From: Candidatus Sumerlaeaceae bacterium
GTDB lineage: Bacteria > Sumerlaeota > Sumerlaeia > Sumerlaeales > Sumerlaeaceae
Reading direction: 5' to 3'
DNA: 61,341 nucleotides
Assembly: GCA_051003195.1 (NCBI GenBank)
Contig: JBPCLP010000022.1
Location: 1-61,341, forward strand
A program made the position numbers and the translations under genes. Below are positions 18,461-28,163 of the stretch, piece after piece; position 1 is the first letter of the stretch, and every line of letters starts with the position of its first letter. The notes below the pieces were generated by a model that was not told the DNA's origin, searched no databases, and saw only the letters and a list, made by a program, of their open reading frames with translations.

Positions 18461-19972
18461 TTAGTATAGCGGCCCAAACGTAATAACGTTATTTGTGATG
18501 TTTCCCTCTACTATAGGAGCAGAAGCTTCCAGCCTCACTATTAGAAATCTGTGCTTTCGTGAGCTCTTGCGCTTGAGGGTCTTGCGAAAGTCGAAAACCG
18601 CCGCTTTTCCATCCGCAGGAACAAACACTTCACTAGCGCCAATTGGCAAATCATCCGCGGAGTAGGTATTGTCCTCCGAGATGAACCAGTCCAACTGGAC
18701 TGTCGATGCAATCTTTCCGTTCAGCAGTTGAATCTCGAGGAGGGCCTGCAGCTTTGGCCTCGGGCGTTTTCTTTTTCGAAGATCTACATGAACAAAACGG
18801 CCGACGAGATCCGGAGCTGGACCAGGAACAGGTATATGAAGGCGCCGTATATAGCTCTGCTGCACATTTCCTGAGATCAGCTCCTGCGTGGCCAGAACCC
18901 AGTTCCCCCTGGCATCTGCAGCTATGGCGGCGTAGTGAGCTGTACTCGTGACGGTGGTGAATTCCGACCAGCTATTTCCGTCATCAGCACTGAACCGCGT
19001 GCCCACCTGCCGCCAAAGCGTACCAGCAGGCGCGTGCCCTAGTGCAAGGCCCCATAATCCAGAATGATTAGAGCTCAGTGATAGCGGAAGTTCGGTTTGT
19101 GGTAATGTCGGGCGTACGAGTGCCTGGCTAGTAGACGTAAAGAATTGGACGCAGGAATTGGGCGGGTACGTGGAGCGGACGGTTCCAAGGATGTTTCCCG
19201 ATTCGTCACCTGCAATAGCAGCATTCCAGGTGTCGGTGGTGGAACTACCACCCAGCCGGCCCGTATGTTGCCAGGTCTGTCCACCATTCGTAGATAAGTA
19301 CGCTATATTCCCGATAGGATAGGACCAGGGATTTACATCCACCACGAATAGCCATGTTGCTGGGGGAGCGGCTGCTAAATGCATTCCTACATACGCAACA
19401 TCGAACGTACGAAACTGAGTCCAGGTGAAGGAATCAAGATCGAGCCTCTGTAGCGTAGGCCTTCCGCTCAGTTCCACAGCTCCAATCCAGTTGGTCCCAT
19501 CCGAAGCAATCCCGGTAAATCCGCCTTCAATCTCGCCGACCTTCGAGAAAGTTGTCCCGTCGTCGGTCGACAATGCATAATGACCGTGATAAGCAACTAG
19601 CCAGGTTCCGGCCTTGTTGGTTGCTACGAGCGGTGACTCGTAAAACGTCTCTGGAGCAACTTGAGCGAATACTGCTTGTGGAGGACTCCACGTTCCACCG
19701 CCATCCACACTGTACGAGCGAAGAAGTGTCCAGTTGCTTGTGGGCCATTCAGCAGCAGACGGTTCAAGCCAAACGGCAACAAATGTGCTGTTCGATGCGG
19801 TGAGCGCAATTGCACTTTGAGTGGTCTGTGGATTCGACGAGCCAAGAAGCTGCGGTTCATCCCATTCGAAGGTGGAGCTTAGTGCTGTAAAAGGAAGGAG
19901 AACGTAAGCCGAGGCCAACCAGCAAAGGAGTAATGTTCGATACCCGGGCTGCATGATGGCTACTGTTGCCAC
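18461..19972 (-). CDS. Secreted BNR/Asp-box (sialidase-like beta-propeller) protein with C-terminal Ig-like domain
   Basis: Asp boxes YSVDGGGTWS, LSTDDGTTFS, LSTNGGQTWQ, FSADDGNSWS; PDLVG...ITNN tail. Confidence 0.75.
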   Translation of the reverse strand: MATVAIMQPGYRTLLLCWLASAYVLLPFTALSSTFEWDEPQLLGSSNPQTTQSAIALTASNSTFVAVWLEPSAAEWPTSNWTLLRSYSVDGGGTWSPPQAVFAQVAPETFYESPLVATNKAGTWLVAYHGHYALSTDDGTTFSKVGEIEGGFTGIASDGTNWIGAVELSGRPTLQRLDLDSFTWTQFRTFDVAYVGMHLAAAPPATWLFVVDVNPWSYPIGNIAYLSTNGGQTWQHTGRLGGSSTTDTWNAAIAGDESGNILGTVRSTYPPNSCVQFFTSTSQALVRPTLPQTELPLSLSSNHSGLWGLALGHAPAGTLWRQVGTRFSADDGNSWSEFTTVTSTAHYAAIAADARGNWVLATQELISGNVQQSYIRRLHIPVPGPAPDLVGRFVHVDLRKRKRPRPKLQALLEIQLLNGKIASTVQLDWFISEDNTYSADDLPIGASEVFVPADGKAAVFDFRKTLKRKSSRKHRFLIVRLEASAPIVEGNITNNVITFGPLY

Positions 19973-20054
19973 CGAACCAGGTGCATGTCACGCGAAAAGA
20001 AATGACTTCCAGGATTCCCGGCTTTTTGGAATCCGCAGCTCCTCAGGTTTTTTG

Positions 20055-20168
20055 CACTGAAGGTGCAGCGGAACACAGCCCGGGGTAAGGAGGCCACGGC
20101 TTTTTGTGGCCGACGCAGCCCTGGGTATATCGATCCAATTACATCGCGCCCTGAAAGCGGCGCCGGAA
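20055..20168. repeat. REP-like element of the CTGAAAG...AGCCCGGGG / CCCTGGG type
   Basis: CTGAAGGTGC..CAGCCCGGGG..GGCCAC/GTGGCC..CCCTGGG..GCGCCCTGAAAGCGGCGC nested stems. Confidence 0.55.
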
Positions 20169-20273
20169 AGCATATGGTAACTTTAAGAATTCTCCTAAAT
20201 TGGCATCGGATTTTTGATCGCCCATCTCCCTGTCTATTCACAACCGCGGATTACCATCAAAGTATACGAAGGT

Positions 20274-20442
20274 ACGGCGTGCGAGGTCGCTTCCACAGCA
20301 ATATCGCAAAGCCGGGGAAGCAGTCCAAACACGGCAGCAGCCAACAAATGCATCTGGTAAAAAGACGGTGGTGCTTAGTTCCGATATGGCGGAAGTTTTT
20401 CCTGATTCCGTGTCCGTAAGCAAGGCACTGCGGTAGCTCATC
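20274..20442 (+). pseudogene. Degraded duplicate of the antitoxin gene segment 511-680
   Basis: Roughly 90% identical by eye; 1-bp deletion and TCG>TAG stop. Confidence 0.9.
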
Positions 20443-20445
20443 AAG

Positions 20446-20472
20446 AAAAACAGCGGCGGCCGAAGCCGCCGC
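20446..20472 (-). terminator. Intrinsic terminator after the GHL10 gene
   Basis: GCGGCGGC-TTCG-GCCGCCGC stem followed by TGTTTTT on the minus strand. Confidence 0.8.
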
Positions 20473-20480
20473 CGTGAGGG

Positions 20481-23174
20481 TTATTGTATTGCGACAGCCG
20501 ATGCTTCATTTGAATAAGCAGAACTCCCGGCTGCGTTGGTTGCCTTTACGCGGAACGTGTAGGTTTTGCCTTTAGTCAGGCCCGTACTGGTGTACGAGGT
20601 GACGTTAGCGCCAAGAGTTGCTACCACGCTGTAAGCGCCTGTTCCAACTTTGCGCTCCACCACGAAATTGTCTTCGTTGGTGGAGTTATCGGTCCAGGCC
20701 AGGTTGATCTTTCTCCCTGCAACGGCGGTGGCAGTCAATCCACTTGGCGCGTTAGGCAGAGCAGGTGCAGCCTGGGTTGTCGCGGAAGCTTCGTTGGAAT
20801 TCGCGGAAGCGCCCACGGCATTGGTTGCCCTCACCACGTAGAAGTAGGTAGTGCTGGCAGCGAGCCCTGTGTTGCTGTAGGAGGTCGTCCCTGCAGCCAG
20901 CGTGGCGATGTCCGTATAAGGCCCGCCAGCGGTTCCGGACCGCGCCACTACGAAGTTGTCTTCGTTAGCAGAGTTGTCTGTCCACGCCAGGTTGATCTGC
21001 GAGCTGCTGGCAGCCGTTGCTGTCAGACCCGAAGGTGCCGCCGGAGCCGTTGGAGCAGGAGCAGAAACGTATACGAATTTCACGGCATCAGCAATGACCA
21101 CCTGACCCGCATCCGCGAATCCATCGGTAATACGGGCATACTTCGTGGTGCCCGTTGGGAAAGCATAACGTCCCACGAGGTTCCATGCGCCGCCACTAAC
21201 CTGCTGGTTTATATTCACGGTTGCTGTTCCGCCGCTGTGGGTTACCACGTGCGGAGCACCCACCGTGCGGTTGGTTCCAACAGAATGCCATTCATACACA
21301 TCGTAATCGCCGGCGGTCAGTATGTTAGGCGTGTAGGTCAGGTACGCGGCGCCGGTTCCCTGGCCCTTGTACTTATAATCCGCGCCGTATTTATCAACCG
21401 CGCTTGTGGCGAGTGTCCATGAGCCCGTTGCCACGGCCGCCGGTGTGTCGATGATAATGTCGGCAACCACGCCCGATGCCAGGGTCGTGAACGTGAAGTT
21501 ACCAGAGGTCCCCGTATTGTTGGACGCATCCTTCGATTTAACACGGTAATTGTAGGTCGTAGATGCCGACAGGCCGGACAGTCCGATCGAGTGATTCAGC
21601 ACCATGCTGGCGTTGGAAACGGTACTTCCGTATGACGTGGTCAGACCGTATTCAACTACACTGTCGGAAGACTCGTTAGTCGTCCACGTTATAGTGGCGG
21701 CGCTGTCCGTGATGCCGCTGGAAGCAACACTGGAGATGGTAGGGGCAACTGTGTCTGCGGCAGGAACAGCGAGGTTCAGATTGGAAACCGCCCCGGCGGT
21801 AATGGTAATGTTTCCGGAGATGCTTCCAAGTCCGGCGGCGGTGGCACTGACCGAATACGTGCCCGGTGCCAGTTCGAAGAAGGCGTACTTACCATGAGCT
21901 TCCGACTTCTGCGTACGGGCCGGCGCCGTATTGATGCTCACGGTAGCGTTGTAAATTACAGCGCCAGTATCGGCACGTGTGATGGTGCCCTTGCCAATAC
22001 CCTTGGTTGGCGAAGACTTCCAGGGGATGCTCGGCGTCGGCTCATAAGTCGGCTGATAATTGTCCCGGACATAAGTGAAGGTTCCGGTCTGGTCGACCGT
22101 GCCGCTGTTTGGAGTGCGGTAGCTGTAGAAAACGGTTCCGAGCAACGGCTTATTCCGAACGTATGTTAATTGGGTTACAGTGTTTGCGGCGGTGTTCAGA
22201 TACGCGCCCTGGCCTATGTACGCGCGCCGAATGCCCTGGTTATTGAAAGCGTCATCGACGCGCGGATTAAATACACCCGCATTGTCTGCGGAGTAGTTCA
22301 TCGGCATGCAGATATCGATAATGCCCTCGGTGTTCCATGCGGCCCAGTCCTGCAGGCGATTCGTGAATGCGTCCGAACGGCTGGCAAACACGGCGGTGGA
22401 GATAACCATGTTCGGCTTAATCGCAAGGATCTCTGAATCCGTCCAGCGCAGGAAATCCGTAATGTGACGGCGGCGCCAGTCTGACCACTGGGTATTAGAC
22501 GCTGCCGGCTGTCCGGATAGTCCGAACTCTGCGTTGTAGCGCGCCACGGCCGTATCATTGTAACCAGAATCCTGTGCTGGCAGGCGGATATAATCCCAGT
22601 GCCAGCCATCGATGTCATAGCGGCTGACCACATCTAGTGCGACGTTGTAGTTCCACTGGGTGGCGTCCGGATGGCCGGGATCGAGGTAGTAGCCCTCGCC
22701 GATCAGCGTTGCGCCGGTGGAGCTTTTGGTCAGGTATTCGGGGTGCAGGTTGTAAACATGTCCCGCCTGGCTTGGTGCAGGGCTGTTACCCCAGATCAGT
22801 TGCGTGGTCGCCCAGCAGTGCACTTCGATGCGCGGAACCGCAGCATGGCACTGGTTGATAACTTCCTGCAAGGCGTCGTAAGTAGAAGAAATAGCGGTGG
22901 TGCGTGGGTCGCCGTTCGGCGCCATGGGCATGTAGAACGCATCGCCGCGGCGACGCATTTGCACAACGACGGCATTAAAATTGTAGGTAGTACAGCGGTT
23001 GACGAGTGTGGTGACCTCGGCGGGCGTTAGAAACCCGGCGCCCCAGGCATCCACCCATACTCCGCGAAACTCAGCGGCGGCACGCGCGGGCGACGGAGCC
23101 AATACAAGAAGGGAGAAAACCGCAAATGCGGCAAGGACAATTCTGCTAAAAATGCTGCCAGTTTTACGAGCCAT
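20481..23174 (-). CDS. GHL10/DUF187 (YddW/DigH-like) glycoside hydrolase with carboxypeptidase-regulatory-like, FN3 and golvesin/xanthan-lyase-like C-terminal modules
   Basis: EFRGVWVDAW, NFNAVVVQMRRRGDAFY, RIEVHCW, YLDPGHP, RYDIDGWHWDYIR, QDWAAW..EG.ID..MPM.Y; repeated INLAWTDNS.NE FN3 domains; likely start MARKT. Confidence 0.9.
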   Translation of the reverse strand: MARKTGSIFSRIVLAAFAVFSLLVLAPSPARAAAEFRGVWVDAWGAGFLTPAEVTTLVNRCTTYNFNAVVVQMRRRGDAFYMPMAPNGDPRTTAISSTYDALQEVINQCHAAVPRIEVHCWATTQLIWGNSPAPSQAGHVYNLHPEYLTKSSTGATLIGEGYYLDPGHPDATQWNYNVALDVVSRYDIDGWHWDYIRLPAQDSGYNDTAVARYNAEFGLSGQPAASNTQWSDWRRRHITDFLRWTDSEILAIKPNMVISTAVFASRSDAFTNRLQDWAAWNTEGIIDICMPMNYSADNAGVFNPRVDDAFNNQGIRRAYIGQGAYLNTAANTVTQLTYVRNKPLLGTVFYSYRTPNSGTVDQTGTFTYVRDNYQPTYEPTPSIPWKSSPTKGIGKGTITRADTGAVIYNATVSINTAPARTQKSEAHGKYAFFELAPGTYSVSATAAGLGSISGNITITAGAVSNLNLAVPAADTVAPTISSVASSGITDSAATITWTTNESSDSVVEYGLTTSYGSTVSNASMVLNHSIGLSGLSASTTYNYRVKSKDASNNTGTSGNFTFTTLASGVVADIIIDTPAAVATGSWTLATSAVDKYGADYKYKGQGTGAAYLTYTPNILTAGDYDVYEWHSVGTNRTVGAPHVVTHSGGTATVNINQQVSGGAWNLVGRYAFPTGTTKYARITDGFADAGQVVIADAVKFVYVSAPAPTAPAAPSGLTATAASSSQINLAWTDNSANEDNFVVARSGTAGGPYTDIATLAAGTTSYSNTGLAASTTYFYVVRATNAVGASANSNEASATTQAAPALPNAPSGLTATAVAGRKINLAWTDNSTNEDNFVVERKVGTGAYSVVATLGANVTSYTSTGLTKGKTYTFRVKATNAAGSSAYSNEASAVAIQ

Positions 23175-23563
23175 GAAAACCCTCATCAATTCAAAATAGG
23201 GGGCCGGCGGTTTTGCCAGGATGCACACGCTGAGTTGGTTACGTTCCCAAATCAGGTGCAGCTTGCATTCCCGCATTGAAGATAACCCGAAGAATCTCCA
23301 AAACGTTCTCCGGTGAGCCCTGGCTTTGCGAGAGCCCTGTCGCGCGAAATTTCCTTTCTGAGCGGGCCAGATGCCCGTCTTGCCTTCGCAGGCAGATCGA
23401 TTTTAATTTCGCTGATTTAATTCCTGATCTGAATTAGTCGCTCAAAGGCCGACTGCACTTGCAAGCAACGTTTCTACAAAACCGTTCCGCATTCCGGCAA
23501 ATTAATGATGTACATAAACGCAGTAATGAAGCGCCTGCCAAACAGGAAGGCTCCCGACCACGC

Positions 23564-24367
23564 ATGACAATTCGGACTCGCTGGTTTCTCGCGGCCTTAA
23601 GCTTTGGCGTCGTTATGCTTGTGCTAATGCGCTGGAACAGTTCGCGTGTCCTCTCTCTGAGTTCTTCAGCGCTTGAAAAGCGTCCTCATCTGGAGCAACA
23701 GACCACCCATAAAACGGCAGTTCGAGTACTTAATTCCGCCGCCGCCCCATCGAAAAAATATTCGGGATCCCCAGGTGCGTCTTTGCGCGCCGGTACTCAT
23801 GGTGTTGCCGCCGCGTCAGTGGAAACCAGCATGAACTCTACTACTACTGAAGCTGGTGACCCGTATATCAGCGAGGATCTGCGTGGCGTGGAACCGGGTT
23901 TCGATGCTGATTCTTCCTTCTCGGCCGCAGAACAGGAGTTTGGCGTTCCGGCTGCACTGCTGAAGGCCCTGGCCTACGCGGAAACGGAGATGCATCACGG
24001 CGACGGCTCAGCGCGGCCGGGCGGCGGACGCGGCATTATGAACTTAAGAGACGTAGATGCAACGGCCCTCACGGATGCGGCGGCGCTTCTACAGGTAGAC
24101 AAAGCGGTCCTGGTTCGTGATCCGGTGCAGAACATTCGCGGCGCGGCTGCGCTGCTGAGAAAACACTATAACGACGCCGTGGACGCGGGCGCGCATGAGC
24201 GTCCGTGGTACATGGCGCTGAGTTACTACTCCGGCAAGTCCGCGGAAGATGCCGTTAGTTTCGGCGAGAACATCCGCAACCTTCTGCGCGAAGGCTTCAC
24301 CCACACAATATCCGCCGGTGAAGTAATCACGCTTGAACCCGGACAGGATTATCTGCTCGGGAAATAA
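23564..24367 (+). CDS. Membrane-anchored lysozyme/lytic-transglycosylase-like protein
   Basis: N-terminal TM; FSAAEQEFGVPAALLKALAYAET..G.GIMNL..DPVQNIRGAAALL..W..ALSYYSG; start chosen at MTIRTRW. Confidence 0.7.
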   Translation: MTIRTRWFLAALSFGVVMLVLMRWNSSRVLSLSSSALEKRPHLEQQTTHKTAVRVLNSAAAPSKKYSGSPGASLRAGTHGVAAASVETSMNSTTTEAGDPYISEDLRGVEPGFDADSSFSAAEQEFGVPAALLKALAYAETEMHHGDGSARPGGGRGIMNLRDVDATALTDAAALLQVDKAVLVRDPVQNIRGAAALLRKHYNDAVDAGAHERPWYMALSYYSGKSAEDAVSFGENIRNLLREGFTHTISAGEVITLEPGQDYLLGK

Positions 24368-24424
24368 GGACCGAGACTATGCGCCCACTTTGAACTTCCT
24401 CTGAATACGCGGACACTCGATTGC

Positions 24425-24570
24425 GGGGACGGCGGGGCTGTTGAAAAACCGACACCGGAGGTGTCGAACATGAATAGCCGCAGGTGCAACCTGCGGATCT
24501 TGAGCGTAGATCCCCACGACCCTGAAGGGGTCTAACAAAGATAGAGGGTTTTTTCAACAGCCCCCTGTCC
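24425..24570. mobile_element. MITE-like element, copy 2, carrying a nested GTCGAACATGAATAGCCGCAGGTGCAACCTGCGG REP
   Basis: TIRs GGGGACGGCGGGGCTGTTGAAAAACC ... GGTTTTTTCAACAGCCCC; interior nearly identical to copy 3. Confidence 0.8.
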
Positions 24571-24805
24571 TTTTGTTTCCTATGTTTCCTTCGCGCTTGT
24601 TTCCTTCGCGGTCCTCGGGCTCAAGTACACCAGCGCGCAATGATTGCCCCAATGCGTGATGTGCAAATCGCGGCATGAGGCAATTCGGTTGCGTTCGACC
24701 GGTGGCTTGAGATTTGGGTAGTCTGTTTCCGTAATGGCACTGCATCGAGTGCTACCTACATTATAACTCGGCGTGAAACGTTCCGATGTTTCCCCGGTGC
24801 TTCCC

Positions 24806-26272
24806 TTAGCGCATGAGTTTTCCCGTGGCTTTGTCCAGTCGCGCCTTGGCTGTGGCGGCATCGTAGAGCGCCTGGATGTAGCCCTGCTCGGTTTCCTGTA
24901 GCAGGCGCCGCGCAGTGAGGACGTCGAGGTAGCCGCTGGCACCGGCGCGGTAGCTGACGTATGCAAGTGACACAGCTGTCTCGGAGGCCTGCTTGAGTCC
25001 GTCGTTGTAGGTGGAGATCTGCTCTCGCGCCAGCTCGTAGTTCTGGTAGGCGACTTCTACATCGCGCCGGATCTCATTAAAGGCGATCGTAATGTCGTTG
25101 TATGTCTTCTGCGCGTGGGCGTGGGCCTTGGCGATGCCGCCCTGGTTGCGATTGAACAGCGGGATCTCGATGCCGGCAGTAATGGCGTTCATGTTGGAGT
25201 CCATGGTGCGTTCGGTGCGCGCACCAATGCGAAGGTCCGGCCACCACGCAGTGCGCTCTTTATCGAGTGTCGAATACCGCTGTTCCAGCTCAGCAGCGAG
25301 ACGTCGGAGTTTTGGATGGCACGCCAGGGCATTTGCGATCGAGTTGTTCAGTTCAGCGCGTGATGGTGACTCAGAGAAACCCTGGCTCAGGCGGAAGTCC
25401 TTCGACAGGCGCCCGCCGACCAGTGCATTTAAAGCAGCCTTGGCGCCGAGCATCCGCCGACGCGCAGCGTCGCGCTCGCGTCGGGCGCGCAGTACTTCCA
25501 CCTGGGCGTTCACTTGCTCAATTGTCCCAGCCTCACCAAGCTCCACACGCGCCTTTGCGATCTCCTGGAGTCGTTCAGCCACATCAACCAGGGTCTGCCA
25601 CAATCGGCGGAGTGCTTCATGGTACTGCACGGTCCAGTACGCCTCGATCACGTCCGCGCGCAGCATGGACTCGTACTCCAGCGCTTCACCCGCCACCACC
25701 GCAAAGCCAGCCTCCGCTTCCACCTGGCGCGCCAGTCTTTTGCCGGGCATTTCAATCGGCTGAGAAAATGCGAGCGAGTAAGTACCCGCCGACATGCTGC
25801 CGTCGCGCGCGCTTTCGCGCCCGACTTCTACCTCGACTTCGGGGTTGGGATACACACACGCACCAATCAGCTCCGCGTGCGCCGCGGCGTGGTTGGCTAC
25901 ATATGTTCCCCAGTTAGGATTCGCCTTTAGTGCCATTCCAAGGATGCTCTGTAGGGAGTACCCGGCACGTTCGCCAACCTCGCCCCAGTAAAGCGACTCG
26001 CGAATAGCGCTCTCTACCGTGCCGGTGTCCATGGAATCCAGCGAAACGAGCTCGGGCGCAGCGGTGCCTGTCACTTCAGCTGAGCTGTCACCAACAGCGC
26101 TCGTTAGTGGAGCAAGTGTGCTACTCGAAACCAGGTCATCAACTTGGGCTATTTGTAGCGTCTGCACCGCTGATGTGGCTGCATCACGCTTTGCCGCGCT
26201 CAAGGGCGCAGGTGAAGCTGCAAGCGTGCAAATGAGCAGGACACCCAGCCGTCTTTGATGAGTTACATGCAT
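24806..26272 (-). CDS. TolC-family outer membrane efflux protein (CzcC-like)
   Basis: YPNPEV..SQPIEMPGKR; GIEIPLFNRNQG; YRAGASGYLDVLTARR; last gene of the RND operon. Confidence 0.9.
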   Translation of the reverse strand: MHVTHQRRLGVLLICTLAASPAPLSAAKRDAATSAVQTLQIAQVDDLVSSSTLAPLTSAVGDSSAEVTGTAAPELVSLDSMDTGTVESAIRESLYWGEVGERAGYSLQSILGMALKANPNWGTYVANHAAAHAELIGACVYPNPEVEVEVGRESARDGSMSAGTYSLAFSQPIEMPGKRLARQVEAEAGFAVVAGEALEYESMLRADVIEAYWTVQYHEALRRLWQTLVDVAERLQEIAKARVELGEAGTIEQVNAQVEVLRARRERDAARRRMLGAKAALNALVGGRLSKDFRLSQGFSESPSRAELNNSIANALACHPKLRRLAAELEQRYSTLDKERTAWWPDLRIGARTERTMDSNMNAITAGIEIPLFNRNQGGIAKAHAHAQKTYNDITIAFNEIRRDVEVAYQNYELAREQISTYNDGLKQASETAVSLAYVSYRAGASGYLDVLTARRLLQETEQGYIQALYDAATAKARLDKATGKLMR

Positions 26273-26351
26273 TGGGAAATGCCTTTCGCAGAGTAGGAAG
26301 AATGGGAGATGAAAACAAAACTAATTACCAGAGTGATTCTGCATGTTGCGT

Positions 26352-26721
26352 TCATGTGGCGGCAGCCCCAATCCCTCGCTTTGGCTGCGCCACCTTTGTG
26401 CCCAGCAAGCGTAGCGCATTGAAAACAACAAGTAGAGAAACGCCCATGTCGGCGGCGATTGCAGCCCACAGGGAAGCCTTGCCTACAAGCGTGAGTACTA
26501 CAAAGCCGGCCTTGGTAAGCAGGGACAAATAAATATTCTGCCGGATGATCTGAAGCGTCTGTTTGGAATGCTTGATCAGCCTCATACGTTACGATCATCT
26601 TCGCATTCAGGACGTCGAAAGCAAGGTCCTCGATCCCTTGAACGTTACTGAACTCTTGCTTCAAAGCGCGAACTTCTTCGGCGCAATCCATCCCGTGAAT
26701 GCGGAATGCGGTTTGAGTCAT
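26352..26721 (-). pseudogene. Internally deleted P1B-type heavy-metal ATPase (ZntA/CadA-like)
   Basis: N-terminal HMA domain (FRIHGMDCAEEV..LK) joined out of frame to the last TM helices (IIRQNI.LSLLTK...LWAAIAADMGVSLLVVFNALRLL); CPC, DKTGT and the ATP-binding core are missing. Confidence 0.9.
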
Positions 26722-26811
26722 GGCGGGGCCTGTCCCACAGGCAGGATCCATTTCGCGCCGATTGTCACAGGCGTGCGACCCCCGCGGTTGCAAGGGTCGT
26801 TAACAATAGTG

Positions 26812-27000
26812 TCATTTCTTTTTCTGGCAGTTCGGGTTCGAGCAGCATCCGCCCGTTACTGCTTGCGCTGGTTGTACCTGCGTTTGCTTTGCGGAAGCTT
26901 TCGTCAGCGATGTTCCGGCATCCCCTGCTTTGCTCGCGGACTTGGCGAAGGCCGCGGTAAGTAGTCCCATGCATGCTATTACTGCTAATATCCGTTTCAT
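26812..27000 (-). CDS. Small exported peptide ending in a Cys cluster (GGCCSNPNCQKKK)
   Basis: Signal peptide MKRILAVIAC..., AGGA RBS, co-oriented within the metal operon. Confidence 0.65.
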   Translation of the reverse strand: MKRILAVIACMGLLTAAFAKSASKAGDAGTSLTKASAKQTQVQPAQAVTGGCCSNPNCQKKK

Positions 27001-27073
27001 ATTAATTCCTTAATTATAGTTGGTATGTTGCTCTGTGAACCTTGTTGTTGTCTGGTCGTGGCTGGCTGCCACT

Positions 27074-27535
27074 TTATCTAACCAGAGAAAAGGCTGCCTT
27101 GGACTTTTTGCCGGTTTCCGGTTCGATTTCTACCCAGAGCTGGCTTGTCGCCGGGAACAATTTTGGAACTTCCACGTGCACATCGTAACCGCTGCCGGCT
27201 TTATCTGCCTTCGCTTTGGTGCTCCCTTCAGCGGAGCTGATTCCCACCCAGGCACGTACTGCCTTTGGAGTCTTGGCGCCTGAGACCTCGACGGCAAAGA
27301 TGCCCTCTTTGCCGGATTCAAGTTTACCCAATTGCTTTGCCGTCACTTTCAGTCCGGTTCCAGGGGTGGTGCCCAGGTTGTGCCATTGACCTGTGTGGTT
27401 GTGACCGGCATGGCTGCCGGCCGGATCCTTAGCGTGGTTATGCCCGGCATGGGATTCTTCAACTGCGAGGGCGGAAAAACTCTGCCATGCCATCAGGCCG
27501 GTAAGGGCTACGGTCAGTATTCTCGCATTCTTCAT
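27074..27535 (-). CDS. His-rich periplasmic protein (paralog of 27632-28120)
   Basis: Signal peptide; HAGHNH x2; shared PK..RAW.GI.SAEGS.K.K...Y..HVEVPK..PA.S..WVE.EP. Confidence 0.8.
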   Translation of the reverse strand: MKNARILTVALTGLMAWQSFSALAVEESHAGHNHAKDPAGSHAGHNHTGQWHNLGTTPGTGLKVTAKQLGKLESGKEGIFAVEVSGAKTPKAVRAWVGISSAEGSTKAKADKAGSGYDVHVEVPKLFPATSQLWVEIEPETGKKSKAAFSLVR

Positions 27536-27631
27536 CTGGTTCTCCTTGGTAGTTGGGATAGTCTTTGGAACTATTGCTGCTTTCAATCACCCGCAGCGCT
27601 CGGGAGATTATGTTTCCCGAACGTTGCGGTC

Positions 27632-28120
27632 TTACTTCGTTTTTACTTCGAAGCTCGCCTTGGCTTTCGCACCGGATGCTGGTTCCACTTCGACCCAGTA
27701 ACGGCTGCCGGCAGGAATCTTTTTTGGCACTTCAACGTGGGAATGGTAATGCCGGTCCGGCTCGGACTCCGTCTTGGTTTTCACGCTGCCTTCCGCGGAG
27801 GCAATCCCGAACCATGCGCGAATGTTCTTCGGCGCCTTTGATCCTTCAACGATGATGATATCGAAGGATGCCTCTTTGCCCGACTCTATGACGGCTTCCT
27901 GCGTAATCGAAAGCTTTAACCCTGCGATCTCGGTGGTCCCAAGATCGTGGGTGATGGCTTCTCCACTGTGGCCGTGACCCTTCTTCTCCTTTCCTCCGGC
28001 CGCATGATCGTGCCCTTTATGGGAGTCTTCGGCCGCACAGCCAGAGAATGTACTCAGCGCCATCGCACAGACGAACGCCATGGCGGTCGTCGAAACGTGG
28101 TCCAACTTCGTGTGCTTCAT
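27632..28120 (-). CDS. His-rich putative lipoprotein (paralog of 27074-27535)
   Basis: FSGC lipobox-like site; HKGHDH and HGHS; shared C-terminal domain. Confidence 0.8.
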   Translation of the reverse strand: MKHTKLDHVSTTAMAFVCAMALSTFSGCAAEDSHKGHDHAAGGKEKKGHGHSGEAITHDLGTTEIAGLKLSITQEAVIESGKEASFDIIIVEGSKAPKNIRAWFGIASAEGSVKTKTESEPDRHYHSHVEVPKKIPAGSRYWVEVEPASGAKAKASFEVKTK

Positions 28121-28163
28121 TTGCTTCCTCCTGCTTTTAATGCTGCTGCGTTTACTTGGTAAT

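Noticed and set aside
23300..23400. c-di-GMP-I riboswitch hint (CGCAAAGCC on the minus strand) upstream of GHL10
   Set aside because: The tetraloop/receptor and P1 pairing are not recognisable; an Rfam scan would be needed.
24580..24800. CRDLHITHWG segment resembling a CDF transporter C-terminus
   Set aside because: Match too short and the ORF is mostly an alternative frame of the TolC gene.
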